A stretch of DNA of 64,000 bases from Felis catus (lineage: Eukaryota). The position numbers and the translations under genes are program-made. The stretch lies in assembly GCF_018350175.1 (NCBI RefSeq), contig NC_058368.1:112160001-112224000 (forward strand), given 5' to 3'. The notes under the pieces were generated by a model, which was given only the letters and a program-made list of their open reading frames with translations, was not told the origin of the DNA and ran no database searches. Shown here piece after piece: positions 13,290 through 25,600 of this stretch; position 1 is the stretch's first letter; every line of letters starts with the position of its first letter.

Positions 13290-13450
13290 GGCACTAGAGT
13301 CGGACAGACCTGAGTTTGAATCTTCTCTTTGTCACTTAACAGCTATGTCGTAGTATTATCAGCCTCTCGGACGTTCAATTCCTCACGTGTACAATGGAGA
13401 AAATAATAGAGATCTCTGTGGGTTGCTGAGAGGATTAAATGATATGCCCC
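13290..13450 (+). mobile_element. MIR SINE
   Basis: gagtcggacagacctgagtttgaatc...gtcacttaacagctatgt...gttgctgagaggattaaatga. Confidence 0.8.
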
Positions 13451-13459
13451 TGTTTATCC

Positions 13460-13870
13460 CTCTAACCTCCCCTCTGTCTGGCACTGTCCCTCTTGCTACT
13501 TACACTCCAGCCACCCTGAGCCTCCTTTAGTTGTTTGGAGACACAGGCTCAGGCTAATGGCCACTCACCTGTAAGTCTCAGGGTAGTCTTCTCCTCAGAG
13601 AAACAGCCTTCTCTGGCTCCCCTGTGTGATTTAGATGCCCCTTCCAGGGTCAACCCTGGCATGCTGTGTTACAGAACTTTTTAAGCTTCTCCTTTCCTGA
13701 CCATCAGTCTCCCTCATTAGACTGAGAGTCCCATAAGGGCAGGCCCACTAGATCTCTCTCCTAGACTCACATATATCCAGCAGGCACACCAAGTTTTCTG
13801 GAGGACAGATGGGTGGTTAGATGGACAGTTGAATGGAAGGATGGGTGGGTGGTGGATGGGTAGATAGGGA
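13460..13870. mobile_element. L2 3' fragment ending in a (GGAT)n-like tail
   Basis: acactccagccaccctgagcctcc..., tagactgagagtcccataagggcagg..., followed by a degenerate gatgggtgg tail. Confidence 0.6.
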
Positions 13871-13876
13871 AGAATG

Positions 13877-14287
13877 GGGGCACCTGGGTGACTCAGTTGG
13901 TTAAGCATCCAGCTTTTGTTGTTGTTGTTGTTGTTGTTGAAGGTTATTTATTTATTGTGAGAGAGAGTGTGTGTGTGCAGCAGAGGAGGGGCAGAGAGAG
14001 AGGGAGTGAGGGGGAGTAAGAGAGAATCCCAAGCAGGCTCCACACTGACAGCAGGGAGCTGGATCTCACGAACCGTGAGATCATGACCCGAGCCGAAATC
14101 AAGAGTCAGAAAGCACCTGACTCTTGATTTCGACTCGGGTCATGATCATACGGTTTTTGAGATGGAGCCTCATACCAGACTCTGCACTTGGGATTTTCTG
14201 TCTCCATCTCTCTCTGTCCCTCCTCTGCTTTCTCTCTCTCTCTCTCTCCTATCTCAAAATAAATAAATTTAAAGATAAATCTTAATT
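13877..14287 (+). mobile_element. CAN-SINE interrupted by a nested antisense CAN-SINE
   Basis: Head ggggcacctgggtgactcagttggttaagcatcc (13877-13910) resumes at about 14111 (aagcacctgactcttgatttcg...) and runs to a CT-rich region and aaaataaataaa tail. Confidence 0.9.
13913..14110 (-). mobile_element. Nested antisense CAN-SINE (5'-truncated)
   Basis: (TTG)n tail, GA-rich region, gagaatcccaagcaggctccacactg...gagatcatgacccgagccgaaatcaagagtcag. Confidence 0.92.
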
Positions 14288-14300
14288 AAGAATGGATGGG

Positions 14301-14400
14301 TGATGAATCACTGGATTCTACTCCTGAAATCATTATGCACATATGCTAACTAACTTGGATGTATATTTTTTTAAAATGAAGAAATAAATTTAGAAAAAAA
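14301..14400 (+). mobile_element. Extremely 5'-truncated carnivore L1 3' end
   Basis: gattctactcctgaaatcattatgcacatatgctaactaacttggatgta matches the reverse complement of the L1 end at 39812-39868; A-tail; 13-bp TSD aagaatggatggg (14288-14300 / 14401-14413). Confidence 0.9.
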
Positions 14401-14997
14401 AAGAATGGATGGGGTGGATGGGTGGGTGTGTGTGTAGGTAGTTGTATGAATAGATGAATTGCCTGGGGTGGGGGTCACCCCTGGCACTTGGGATGGGAGG
14501 CTTCATTTATTTCTGCAGGCTCTGACTTGGAAAGAAAGAGAAAATGCTTTCCTAGAAGCATTAGAAATCCGATAAGAACAATTTCTTCTCGGCAGAACCC
14601 AGGCCATGATAACTTTTTTTAAATGCACTAAGAAAGCATGACTGATTGTCTTGGCTCATTCAGGATCTCTGTACCCAAAGCCTGTGAGGCTGAGTCTCAG
14701 TGTCCTTACGCTCAGGAGCAAGCCCTCAGGGGACTAGGAAGAAAGCTGACATTAAAGAATCTCACTTACTTTCCAAAAAGTTTACCTACAGATTGAATGA
14801 GAAGGTGAACCACTTTACCACCTACATTATTTGAAAATCATTAGGTATGCGTTTCTAAAAAAGCCACTCATAATCTATGAAAGGATTAATCCTCAAAGGG
14901 TTTACAGTGGCACTTAGGAGTGTAGTATTTATACATGGAAAATGCTTCATTTACTGCCAAGTTGAGGAACATGGTGTTCCAGATGAGTGAGATTTCT

Positions 14998-15207
14998 TCT
15001 TCTTCTTTTAAAAAATGTTTTATTTATTTTTGAGAGAGAGAGCACGAGCAGGGGAGGGGCAGAGAGAGGGAGACACAGCATCTGAAGCAGCCTCCAGGCT
15101 CTGAGCTGTCAGCACAGAGCCTGACCCTGGGCTTGAACTCACGAACCATGATATCATGACTTGATTGGAAGTTGGATGCTGAACCAACTGAGCCACCCAG
15201 GGGCCCC
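14998..15207 (-). mobile_element. CAN-SINE (SINEC_Fc-type)
   Basis: Core sequence; TSD agtgagatttct (14986-14997 / 15209-15220). Confidence 0.96.
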
Positions 15208-15770
15208 TAGTGAGATTTCTATATAACGGAGGCTGGGTATTTAAATACTTGCTTTATTTTTCCAACACTACTGTTAGTTTGAAGCATTTTTGAAATCCTT
15301 CTTTTAAAATTTCCTTCAAGTTCACTTAGGACAAGTCTTATTTTTTTTATGTCACTGTTTTTATAGAGCTATAGTCCCTTCCCCGCTAAGGAAACAGACC
15401 ACCTCAGACACAAGTCACCATTTCACAAAGATTCAGGCTTATCATTATAAATAGACCTTGTTTTCCTGAGTTCTTGTGTTCAAGAATGTTTTCTGGGGCT
15501 GCTCTAATCTGAAGGGCCGTTTGGCTGTGCGGGAAGTGGCCTGTAGCTGGTATGTCCATTACTAAAACTTCCTCCCCCCCTGTTTGTTTCCTTTCCTTTG
15601 TGGTGTCTGCCATTGTCCTGAGTGTGTCTCCTGTGGTACATGGGCTTCTTGATGGCCAGTCACTTCTCTGAGGCCTTTTTGTACAGCTTTCATGGACCTG
15701 GGCAGTTGAGAGGTTGACCTTACTGGGGGCCTGATTGCTAGGTCTGAGGAACCACAGTGCTCTTGCATTT

Positions 15771-15801
15771 CTAAAAAAAAAAAAAAATTTATTTAATTTA
15801 T

Positions 15802-15844
<43 letters not shown>

Positions 15845-15998
15845 ATGAGTGGGGGAGAGCCAGAGAGAGGAGACAGAGAATCCCAGGCAGACTCCTCATG
15901 GTCAGCATGGAGCCTGATGTGGGGCTCGAACTCACAACCCTTGAGATCATGACTGAGCCGAAGTCGGATGCTCAGCTGACAGAGCCACCCAGGTGCCC
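15771..15998 (-). mobile_element. CAN-SINE with expanded (GA)n (15805-15843)
   Basis: Core sequence; TSD cttgcattt / cttgtattt (15762-15770 / 15999-16007). Confidence 0.95.
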
Positions 15999-16612
15999 CT
16001 TGTATTTGCTTCGGGCTTCAGGGATGTCTGTGAAGATGGCCATCCTGAAACCATGTGTTGCAGCTTAAAAAGAAATAATGGAAAGAAATTGCTCAAGAAC
16101 CGATTCCGTGAGGGAACGTGGAGATTGTTGTCCAGGAAATATGGATCTAACATTCAGGTTTATTGTGCACATGCCAGAAGTGGAGGCTGAAGTGCCAGCC
16201 CTCTGCCTGCAGAGCTGACACTCACCCCGTGCAACGGGACTTGTGGTGAAAGTACTCAGCCCCTGCCGGCGGGCGTGAGTCCACGGAGAAGCGATTGTCT
16301 CGGTCACCTGTGCAGCGAAGGGAGCAGTAAGGGGGACTGTGAGTGAATGTTATCATCACTTGCCACCCCCTGCCTGAGCCTGGCTGAGCCCTCACTGGGG
16401 GTCCGCCTCCACAGGAGTCAGATTGGCAAATATCAATCCAGTCCCGCTCGATTTGGGGCCCTCTTAAACCACGAAGGTTGAAGATCTGGCCATTGTCCTT
16501 AGGGTGTTTGCATCTGCTTGGGGGCTTGGGGCTGAGGATGGGGGAGGGAATAGGAACAGGGAGCATTGGAGAAAGAGCACTTTGGGGGCCAGCCAGGTGT
16601 TTGCGTTCAAAC

Positions 16613-16705
16613 TAAGGTGACCTAGTTTGCCTGGGACTGAGGAGTTTCCCAGGACAAGGGACATCCGGTGCTAAGGGACCAGGAAAGACCCGGGACCAGA
16701 TAACC
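16613..16705 (+). mobile_element. MER81-like (hAT-Blackjack) MITE relic
   Basis: aaggtgacctagtttgcctgggactgaggagtttcccaggacaagggac...gtgctaa resembles the recalled MER81 consensus. Confidence 0.7.
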
Positions 16706-16729
16706 TCCTCACCCAAATGTTGCCAAACC

Positions 16730-16870
16730 TCCTTTTGTGCTTCAGTTTTCTTATCTGCGAAATCTGGACAATAACACCAAACCCTTAAAGTTGATGTGAG
16801 AGAGGATGGAATGTGATAAGGTTTGTAAAGCGTGGGGCACGTGGGAACACTAGTATATGAATGCCTCAGG
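16730..16870 (+). mobile_element. MIR SINE
   Basis: cttcagttttcttatctgcgaaatctggacaataaca...gataaggtttgtaaagcg. Confidence 0.75.
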
Positions 16871-18102
16871 ACATCAGAAAGGGACAGAGTCCCACGGAGC
16901 TGTGGCGCATTCAGGAAAGGACACAGCCGGCATGAGCCGAAGTGAATTGGGGAAGACTGTATGGAGGACATGGGCTCCACAGAGCCTTAAAGAGCAGTGG
17001 CACTTGGTCTGAAATTATGCATGGAAGTTCGATTGTCTTCGAACAGATTGAGTGGCTCTAGAAATAACTTCTTCCCTGCTTCAAGCCTCTTATGTTTTGC
17101 ACAATTTAGCCACTGCTCTGTTATGATTTTCAGTTCCCTCTATCCCCCACCCCCACCTATCTACTCTTTTCCTTGGGATTTGCTTCTGCTTTGCCATAGG
17201 CCGGGTCCCCCTTCTCTAAAACACCTGCTCATTAATTGGCCACCCGCCCCCTCCCCATGAGAGGTGTCTAGTGAGCCAGGATTAGGGAAACTTAAGCTCA
17301 GAGAGGTCAAGTGACTTGCCAAGAATCACCCAGCAGATCAATTTTGAATCCAGAAACAGGAACCAGATGTCTGCACCTTACTCCGTGCTTACTTTGGAAG
17401 GTGGAGTGTGGGGCCCCGGAGGCCCCAGTGGAAACTCAGAGCTCCTCTGGGAAGGACCAGGAGACCAAGAATTCCAAAGGCGTCCTGTAATTTATGGCCA
17501 GGAGTTCCCCATAAATATGTGTCAGGGAAAGGCATTTTTATAAAAATTCGTCTTTGAGGATACCCCATGGTTTGGGACGTTTTACAGGTGAAGGAAATTT
17601 CTGACTGTCACTAGGAAAAGATGCCACAATGAGTGAATTTAATGAATTAAAGATTTGGCACAAGCTCTATCAAGTATCAAGTAATGGGCTTTCCGTTTCC
17701 AGTCCCACATGCGATACTGCTCAATTCAGCCAAAATTGGCGAGAGTCAAGCTGGTTATTAAAGCAAAACCTGTAAAAGGCAATTAAGCACTCCCAGGGTT
17801 AAAAGGTTAACTCCAGTGGAAACACGAATCATAAATTTTGCTCACAGATATTCCTGTTATTCGGCACCCTGTGTGAGGGGAAGGCTCCTCACCCAGGCGC
17901 GGGGCCGTCAAGGGTGCGGATGGCAGATGGCGCTTTGCCTGTCCCAGGAAACCGCACTCTGGTGCTCTGTCCCGCTGTGGGCCACGCGGGGGTGGGAGCA
18001 AGCCGGGGAGTCCGGGGAAGCTCCATGTCTTTCCAGTCGCTTCCCCAGAGGTGGAGGGCACTGTTGGAGCCATCTGGCACGTGCTCCTTGGGCATTTAGA
18101 AA

Positions 18103-18214
18103 TAGGCTGAGCAACCCGCCTGGACACTGAGGGGTGTCCTGGGATGCAGGACTTGGTTCAGCACTAAAACTAGAAAAATCCCAGGTGAACTTGGTGACCA
18201 GTTTGGTCACCCTG
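18103..18214 (+). mobile_element. MER81-like (hAT-Blackjack) MITE relic
   Basis: actgaggggtgtcctgggatgcaggactt...cagcactaaaac...ttggtcaccctg terminal inverted repeat. Confidence 0.75.
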
Positions 18215-21200
18215 TAAGGGACCCTGGTAGTTTTCCAGGAGTCCTTTCTTCCTGCCTAGTAGTTTTGCAGAATGTTTAAGATCAGGGATGTTGGATATAG
18301 ACGTCATGCTCCCACGTCCGGAGCTGTAAAGTGAGAAGCTCTGCGTCCCGCCACCTGGGGTGGCGTGAGGCTTCGCTGAAAGTAGGCGGCTGAGTGCCCA
18401 GCGGCATGCAGGGCCCGGACAAGGTCACTGCCCCTCGTCGCACCCATTTATCATCCACTCCTTGCTCCGTGTGGCTGCTTTAGGGGCGCTTCCACTTTAC
18501 CTGCAGCAGCCCAGAGGGCTCGGAGAAATCCCGGGTTCTCACCAAGGGCTACTCACATCGTGCTCTCCAAGCTAACCTGTCTTCGGAAAAGAGGTGGGCA
18601 TCAGCTCATATTAGTTCTTTGTCTGAAAGTGGGCCCCTTTTCAGAGCAGCCAGCCAGACGGGCCAGAGCTCTCTGGGGAGCCAGGCGTGCTGCCCTGAGG
18701 ATGGCTTTATCTTGTGTCCGGATTAAACCTGTTTTGAACAATCAGTCGTGCAGGTGAAGAAATAGATGACCTTGGGTGGATTTGTGAAGGCTTTTTGGTG
18801 TTAAAGAATTGTATCCCACTTTGCCCTTTCCGGAGGATTACTTGCCATGAGAAAGTGCCCCAGAGGAGACGCTATGGGGAGAGAACGACTGTCACCCCCG
18901 GCCCCGAGAGCTGAGAAGAGCCGGCCTTGTCGGCGTGTGTTCATGTCTTTGGAAAAACTTACACGGCTGAGTGTCTCACTCCAAATTTACATGCGATGCA
19001 GTCATCCATGGAGATGCTGTCTTTGCTAATAATCTAGCAATTAAAATGCAATGTGGCTGCTCGTTAAGCCTGCCACTCAACTACAAGATGCGTATTTGTT
19101 TTCAAGCAGAGCTGGGTTTGTTCAGCCAGCCTTCCATGGGAGCTGAGGATTGAAGATTTGGATTGGAACCTAAGGCCCCAAGAGGAAAGTTCCTCTAAAT
19201 ACGTTTGGATTTTCTTTTTCTTTTTCTTTTTTTTTTCCCCCTTTTTAAATGGACTTTAATACCAGCTAAGAGCGAATCAAAAACTCAAACCAAATAAATC
19301 ATCTCCAAGTCGAGAAGTGTTTGTCTTCAGGATGTGTTTTCAACATACTTTTTACTCATTTGATTTGTGGATAGAATTTTAATAATTTGAAATGTTGAGA
19401 CGTGTTTCGCGTTCCACTTTCCTTAAGTTTTATCTGTTTAAAACGCCTGCCATTTAGCTTGGAAGCTGCTTAGGGTGCTGTGGGGGATGCCGGCCCAGAA
19501 AGTTCTGGGTTTGAAACCTGCCTTAATCTGCAAATAGGGAATTTTGAGTCCAGGAAAAGAATGGATCAGGCCTGGGTAGTGCTGGGCAGTCCTGTCCTGG
19601 GAGACCCACAGGGCCCTGAGTGGGATGGAATTGGGGAAGTGGTTCTACAGAGCGACTCACCTGCCTTCCAGATGCTCAGGTACACAGAGGAAGATGCAGT
19701 CGTATGCTGGCTCCCTTTCTGATGTCTCCACACCTGCCGGCCTGTGACAGGATTGGCAAATCAAGGCACACGCACCTCCAGTCTTTTCCCATGCTCAGGG
19801 CAGACATCCCTAATCTATTCTTTCCTTCCGTCCTCCTGAACCAAGAAAAGATGCGAAGCCCTTTTTCTCAAAGCAGCCACTGCCAGTTGAGTGGAGCAGA
19901 GGCTCAAGTGAGGCATGGCCACCATCCCGGCCACATGGCCTGCCGCCCGAGTGCCTGCCCGGTGAGGCAGGCCAGGTCTGAGATGAGAGGTAAGGAGGCA
20001 GGGCTGGCGTGCTACAGCTCCGTCCACAGTCTGAATGAGGATCCCAGGGTCCTCTTCCCCACTCCCTGAGCCCTGCTCTGACTCCCAGCCTGTGGAGTGC
20101 ATGTGGGGAGACTGGCCTCCCCAGCTCCAGAGAAGCCTGCGGGACCTTCTCGCCTGCAGGCTTCTGGGGCTGGTGGGATGGAACATTCTGGAGAAGGAGT
20201 GTTGACTCGCCAAATGCTCTAAGGGGCACACTTGAAAGGCCGCGAGGAAGGTGTGGGTGGTGAGCTCCTGGCCACTGCTCACCTTTGCAGCCCTACCAGG
20301 TGTCTGTTCCCGGACGCAGGAAGCCAGACAGCCACGACAGTGGGCAGGACCACGGCGGGCCAGCACGGAGACACAGAGAGACTGCGAAGGAGGCTCTTGG
20401 CTTCTGGATGAAATGCGCCGGTCCCCTGGGTGGTCTGATGTGCTACATTTGCTATTTTTATCGAGCCACCGGCTGCACGGATGTGTCCCACCCACGCAGG
20501 CTTCCAGAGGCCCCGTCCTGGCCATAGGCTCCACGGAGGGGAGGGCTGCAGAGGGCCACACAATCTGAGCAGTCTTCACCCTGAGGTATATGAAGATGAA
20601 GCCAGCTCTCCTCTTAGCAAGACACTGCTTAGGTATTTAGGGATGTGAAATGGCTCCGGGACGTGGCTGCAAATGATATTAACATCGGACCTCTATCAGC
20701 TCCCATCGCCCTGCTTTGACTCTTCTCTCCAGAAACTCTGTGTCCTCCTGGCAGCCAGAGTGAGCTGCCCTTTCAGACCCCACCAGCTCCCTCTCTCCTC
20801 ACGTCCTTCATCTTCTCCACTCACGACTTCCTGCTCCTCCAAAGCACGAGCCTGTTGGGGCCTCTGCCTGGACCGCCTTTTCCCGATACTTGCAGAACTG
20901 GCTGCTTCTTATTACCTGTGGATCGATTCAGGGGTCCCCTCCACAAAGGGGCCTTTCCTGGCACCCCGTCCAAAGCAGCCAGCCACCCCCTCCCCCCCGT
21001 TTCCGAGTCACTCACCACACAGAGCTCATCACTCTTGGAAGTTGTCCTATTTACTTTTTTTTTCTTGCTTATTGTCAGTCTCCCCCTATGAGAGTGTAAG
21101 ATCTGTGAGAGTAAGACATAGCACCCAGCCCAGAATATATTCTCAGTATGTGTTTGACAATGAACTTGACTTTGCTAGGTCTCCTAGGACCAGAGGATTG

Positions 21201-24200
21201 GTTTTTTCTTGTTTTTTCCAGCTGGCTTTGCAGAGTGGTGAGCTAGGATGTAAGCAGTCTGAACCTCCTGGGGATGGTATGCCAAAGCTATGTATGCATA
21301 TGCCCGGGTGACCCCTTTCCCTTCAGCCCTTGCTGGACACGGACAAAGGGCTGCTTTCCACCCACGGGAGCCTCTCTCGGGCCGGCCTCCCACCTCGGGG
21401 CAGCTGTGCCGGCACCTTCCTCCCACTGCCTGTGCTGGAGGCAGCTGTGTTTCCTCTTGGACCCCGGCTGCAGGACAGACACTCCTGGGAGTCTCCTCCG
21501 ATGCTGGCCACGTGTTTTTGTTCCTGCCACCACCTTCCCAGGACACAGGCTTTTGGGTTCAGAAGTGAAAAGATTCCCAGCCCCAATGGGATGTGAGGGA
21601 TGTTGGCCTTCCTCATTTGGAAAGAGAAAATACTGAAGTCTCACCACGAGCAGGATCTCTGCCCCTTCCTATCCCAGACAGCCTATCCTAGCCCAAGAAC
21701 ACACAGGTTTTTGCTTTCTAATCTGCCGTGACAAAGCAAAAAACCTAGGGGAGAGATACGTGAATCAGAGCCCTGTGACGTGCTGTGACCATGATCTCTC
21801 TTGAGCCTCAGTTTCTTCACCAGAAAAGGCAGTAACATCTATACCCAAGGGCAGTTTTGAAGAGTAGACTGCAAGCCATGCTTGGAAGGTGCCTGGCACG
21901 AGGTCAATGAGGAAACAACCAGGAAGGCCAGGGAGTGTTCAGGGAACACAGAGCAGCAAGGTCATAGGTAGGGACCAGATCGACTTGCCTCAAAGGGGAT
22001 GGATCCTCCTCCCTGCTTTCAACTGAGGATGGGGTGGGGCCAGGAGTCATGCCAAACTTGGTGGTAGGGCCAGAAGTAGAGCATCTCTGAGTGAGAAGGA
22101 TCTGAGTCGTACTTTGCTCAGATCCCGTGTGCCAAATTCTGTGCCAGGTATACAGTAGGTGTGAATGGGGAAAGAGATTTGCTTGGCCATGAAGTCTAGG
22201 AGGACAGTGATGCTCAGTGAAGTACGAATGAGTGAGTGAATGAATGAACGAATCAATCTGTCAAGTGTTGCAGTCTCCGTGGCTCCCGTCCTGTCCCCGC
22301 TGGGCCCCTTCAGTTGCATGCCGATTCAGATACATGCTGTGGATCAAGGGCAGGCCCGGGAGTACCACTGGGAGTAGGAACAGGAGGAGGCTGATGTGGG
22401 GGTCTCTGCTCCTCTCCAATACGTGCTGGGGCTGCAGCTCCCTGTGCACCTGTGGGAGGTCTCTGGATATGCACAGGTTAACCTTGGCCTTCATGCTGGA
22501 GAGCAGCTCTAGCCAAAACTTCCTACCTCCTGCCAGTCATTGTGCTTAGAGATGGGAAGCCGGTCCCAGTTCATGGTGACCTCTCCTCTGAACCAGTGTG
22601 GGGGAAGCAAGGATGCCCTGAAGGAGCGGGGAGATGGGGCTGGGTGGGACACATGACGTGGTGACAAGGTACCGCACAATTAGAGCCTCATCACTTAGCA
22701 TTTACCTCAAGGAGAAAAGAAAGGTAATAGAAGGATAATTGGAAGCCTTCTTTCTTTATTTATTTACTGAAAGGAGAAAGAAGCGGAATGCCTGAGTGTG
22801 TAAAAAGTGCTATTTAAATTTCTTGTCTGTAGCATATACTCAAACCTATAATTATGGCTTTGAAGAAAAAGGGTAATTATGAAAATTTCTGGGCTCATTA
22901 AAGACACACAATTGACATCCAAAATTATTTGAGTTAGAAATGATGCTGGAATGAATCTCTTATGAGAGAGTCAGAGGAAAAGAACTTGGATATTTAAAAA
23001 CTCGAAGTTCTGGCTGGACCTAGAGTGTCACAGACCACCTCACGTGATGCTTTTCTCCTTATGAAGGAGATGACATAGACGGTGCTCCCTCTGCAGGGCC
23101 AGCTCAGCTTGGCCTCCAAGGCTTAGGCTTGTCGGTCTCAGTGGGTGATGATTTTCAGGGGTTCCCGTAAGCGGCAGTCGCGGAGAGCCTTGCTGTCTGT
23201 TTTGCAGAGGCACCTGTCCTGTGCTGAACTGCTCAGGCAGCCGAGGAGGATTCAGAAACCGCTGGTCCATTTATTTCCTTGGGATGTGCTGTGACTCTAG
23301 AGTCAGGCTGCCCAGACTCAAGTCCCTATACCATCACTTGTGAGCTGTGTGACCTTGGCCATCTCTTCTTCTTTCTGGAGAGGTTGGACCCATGGAGTGT
23401 GGGCAACTGAAAAACCTCCTTTGCCAGAACTTGGACCCTGCTCTTCTGTGAGTCCTGGCAGCACCCTCATCTTTGAAAGTACAAAGAAGAGAGAGAAGCA
23501 GTATGACACAGTTTATATTAGTTTTAGCCAGTTCGTATTAACTCGTGTTATGATAAGAGCCGGGTCCAACTAATGAGAGGGTAGACCAGATGTACGAGGG
23601 GTAGCTAGTGGAGCCAGCAGGGCACTGAGGTTGTGGCAGGGTTTCTGGGAGAGACGGAACACCCCAGTGGCTTTCTCCCAGGGCCCAAGAGATGGACGTC
23701 CTTAGAGTGATAAGAACATGTCTCCTAGGCCCTAGCTTCCAGATGAGCTTACAGAGGAGGGCTTTCACAGGCTGGGCTGCTAAGGCATTTGCTGCTAAGG
23801 TCACAACCTTTGGGTGCCTCTCTGCCTTGCGACATCCTCACAGTGACCTCCCACTGCCTCTGACCCAGGATCCCATATCGCTCTATCTCTGGACCTGCCT
23901 CCCCAGCTGTCCAGACTGTCACTGAACCATGTGGAGGGCTCTGACCTCTGCTGCAAGCAGGCCCTGCCACCTTCAGGACTGACTACATCCAGCCACAAAG
24001 AGCTGCTAAGTCGTGTCATTTTCCAGGTTGTCAGTTCAGGGAGGCTTCTGAGGGCCAGCTGGACCACAACGGGGCGGGCCTCACCTGTATCCCGAGTGCT
24101 GTCTCCTGGTGGTCCTCCTAGGTCCCTGGGCTGGGATCTGCTATGGTTCCCAGGGCCACTGTAAGGTCATGCTGTGGTTGTCTGAGTTAGTAATTGGAAG

Positions 24201-24419
24201 TAATTGGGGAAGTCAACATAGCTTTTTCTTTGGCTGGTAGTTCTTACACAGGCCATTTGTGGCCTGTGGTCATTCAGCCACGGCTCTAACAAAGCCTCTT
24301 TCTTTGAACTGATATTATGTCTTTAGCCTGAGGCTTAAGTAAAGTCTGATCTTTTAAAAAGCCTGGGTGTTTTCTTAGCCTTTATGGCTCTAATTAGCAA
24401 TTTTGAAAAATAATACTTT

Positions 24420-25600
24420 GAGTCGGATCATAAATCTAAATGTGAAACCTAGAATCAGAAAGCTTCCAGAAAAAAACATAGAGAATACCTTTACTGCCTT
24501 GAGGTAAGCAAACATTTCTCAGGCTGGATACAAAAAGCACAAACCGTGAAAAGGAAGAATTACAAACTGCTTGTTACAAGTGACAAAAGGATGCCTTTTA
24601 CCTTCCACAGACACCGTTAATAAAATGAATGGGTAAGCCACAGAAGGGAAATATGTGAAATACATGTATCTAAGGAATACATATTCAGAATATATAAAGG
24701 AACAGTGTTCAGAATTTATAAAGAACTTCTACAGATCAAAACTAACATACAAGTCAACTTTGAGACCGCACAAAATAACACGTACCAATGGCCAATAAGC
24801 ACGCGAAAAGATGCCCAGCATCATTAGTCATCAGGGAAATGCAAATTAAACACGGTGAGGTATTCTTTCTCACCCGGTGGCAGTATGGCTGACGTGGAAA
24901 GGGCTGGTAACAGCAGATGCTGGGTGAGGGTGTGGAACACCCAGGACCTCTCACACACTGCTGGTGGCAAATGTCAGATGGCAAAGGCCTTTGGAAATGG
25001 TTTAGCAGTCTCTTACAAACATGTCTCTTCCGTGACCCAGCGATTCCATTCCTGATTATTGACCCAAGAGAAATGAAAGCATCTGTTCACACAGAGATTT
25101 TGCACAACAATGTTTATAACAGACTTATTTATCATAGCTCCAAACTCTAAACAAACCAAATGTTCATCCGCAGGAGAATAGGGTTTGAGTGATGTGTTAA
25201 TACAATGGAATACTATGCACCAATTAAAAAACCAAACTGCTAAAAAAGAAAAATAACAAACTGCTAATACTTGCAATACCATGAATGAACCTAGAAAACA
25301 TTATACTGAGAGGAAAAAAAAAAAAGCCAGTCAGAAGAATGGGGCCAGGGAATGTACTTTATGATTCCACTTATGTGCTGTTCTAAAATGGACAGAGCTC
25401 GACTATGATAATGGCCATCAGAAATGGTTGCCTCTGAGGGCAGCGGAGGCAGAGAATGACCAGAACGGGGTGAACTGGGGTGATTGGAAATGTTTACTCT
25501 CTAGATCTTGTCTGAGGTGATGGTTTACACAGGCGTGTATAATTGCCAAAACTCCTCAAGTGAGACGTTTAAGGTCCGTGCATTCTGTCTTACATAATAT
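24420..25600 (+). mobile_element. Ancient L1M (L1ME/L1MB-like) ORF2 end and 3' UTR
   Basis: cattagtcatcagggaaatgcaaattaaa, ctctcacacactgctggtgg, gacccagcgattccattcct, aatggaatacta; frameshifted ORF2-like peptide in ORF 24917-25150 (THCWW...DPAIP). Confidence 0.9.

Noticed and set aside
19815..20579. Longest ORF (254 aa, minus strand)
   Set aside because: No recognisable domain; composition is typical of a chance ORF in GC-rich DNA, with overlapping ORFs in several frames.
20673..21311. 212-aa ORF (plus strand)
   Set aside because: Largely overlaps a decayed L2-like fragment.
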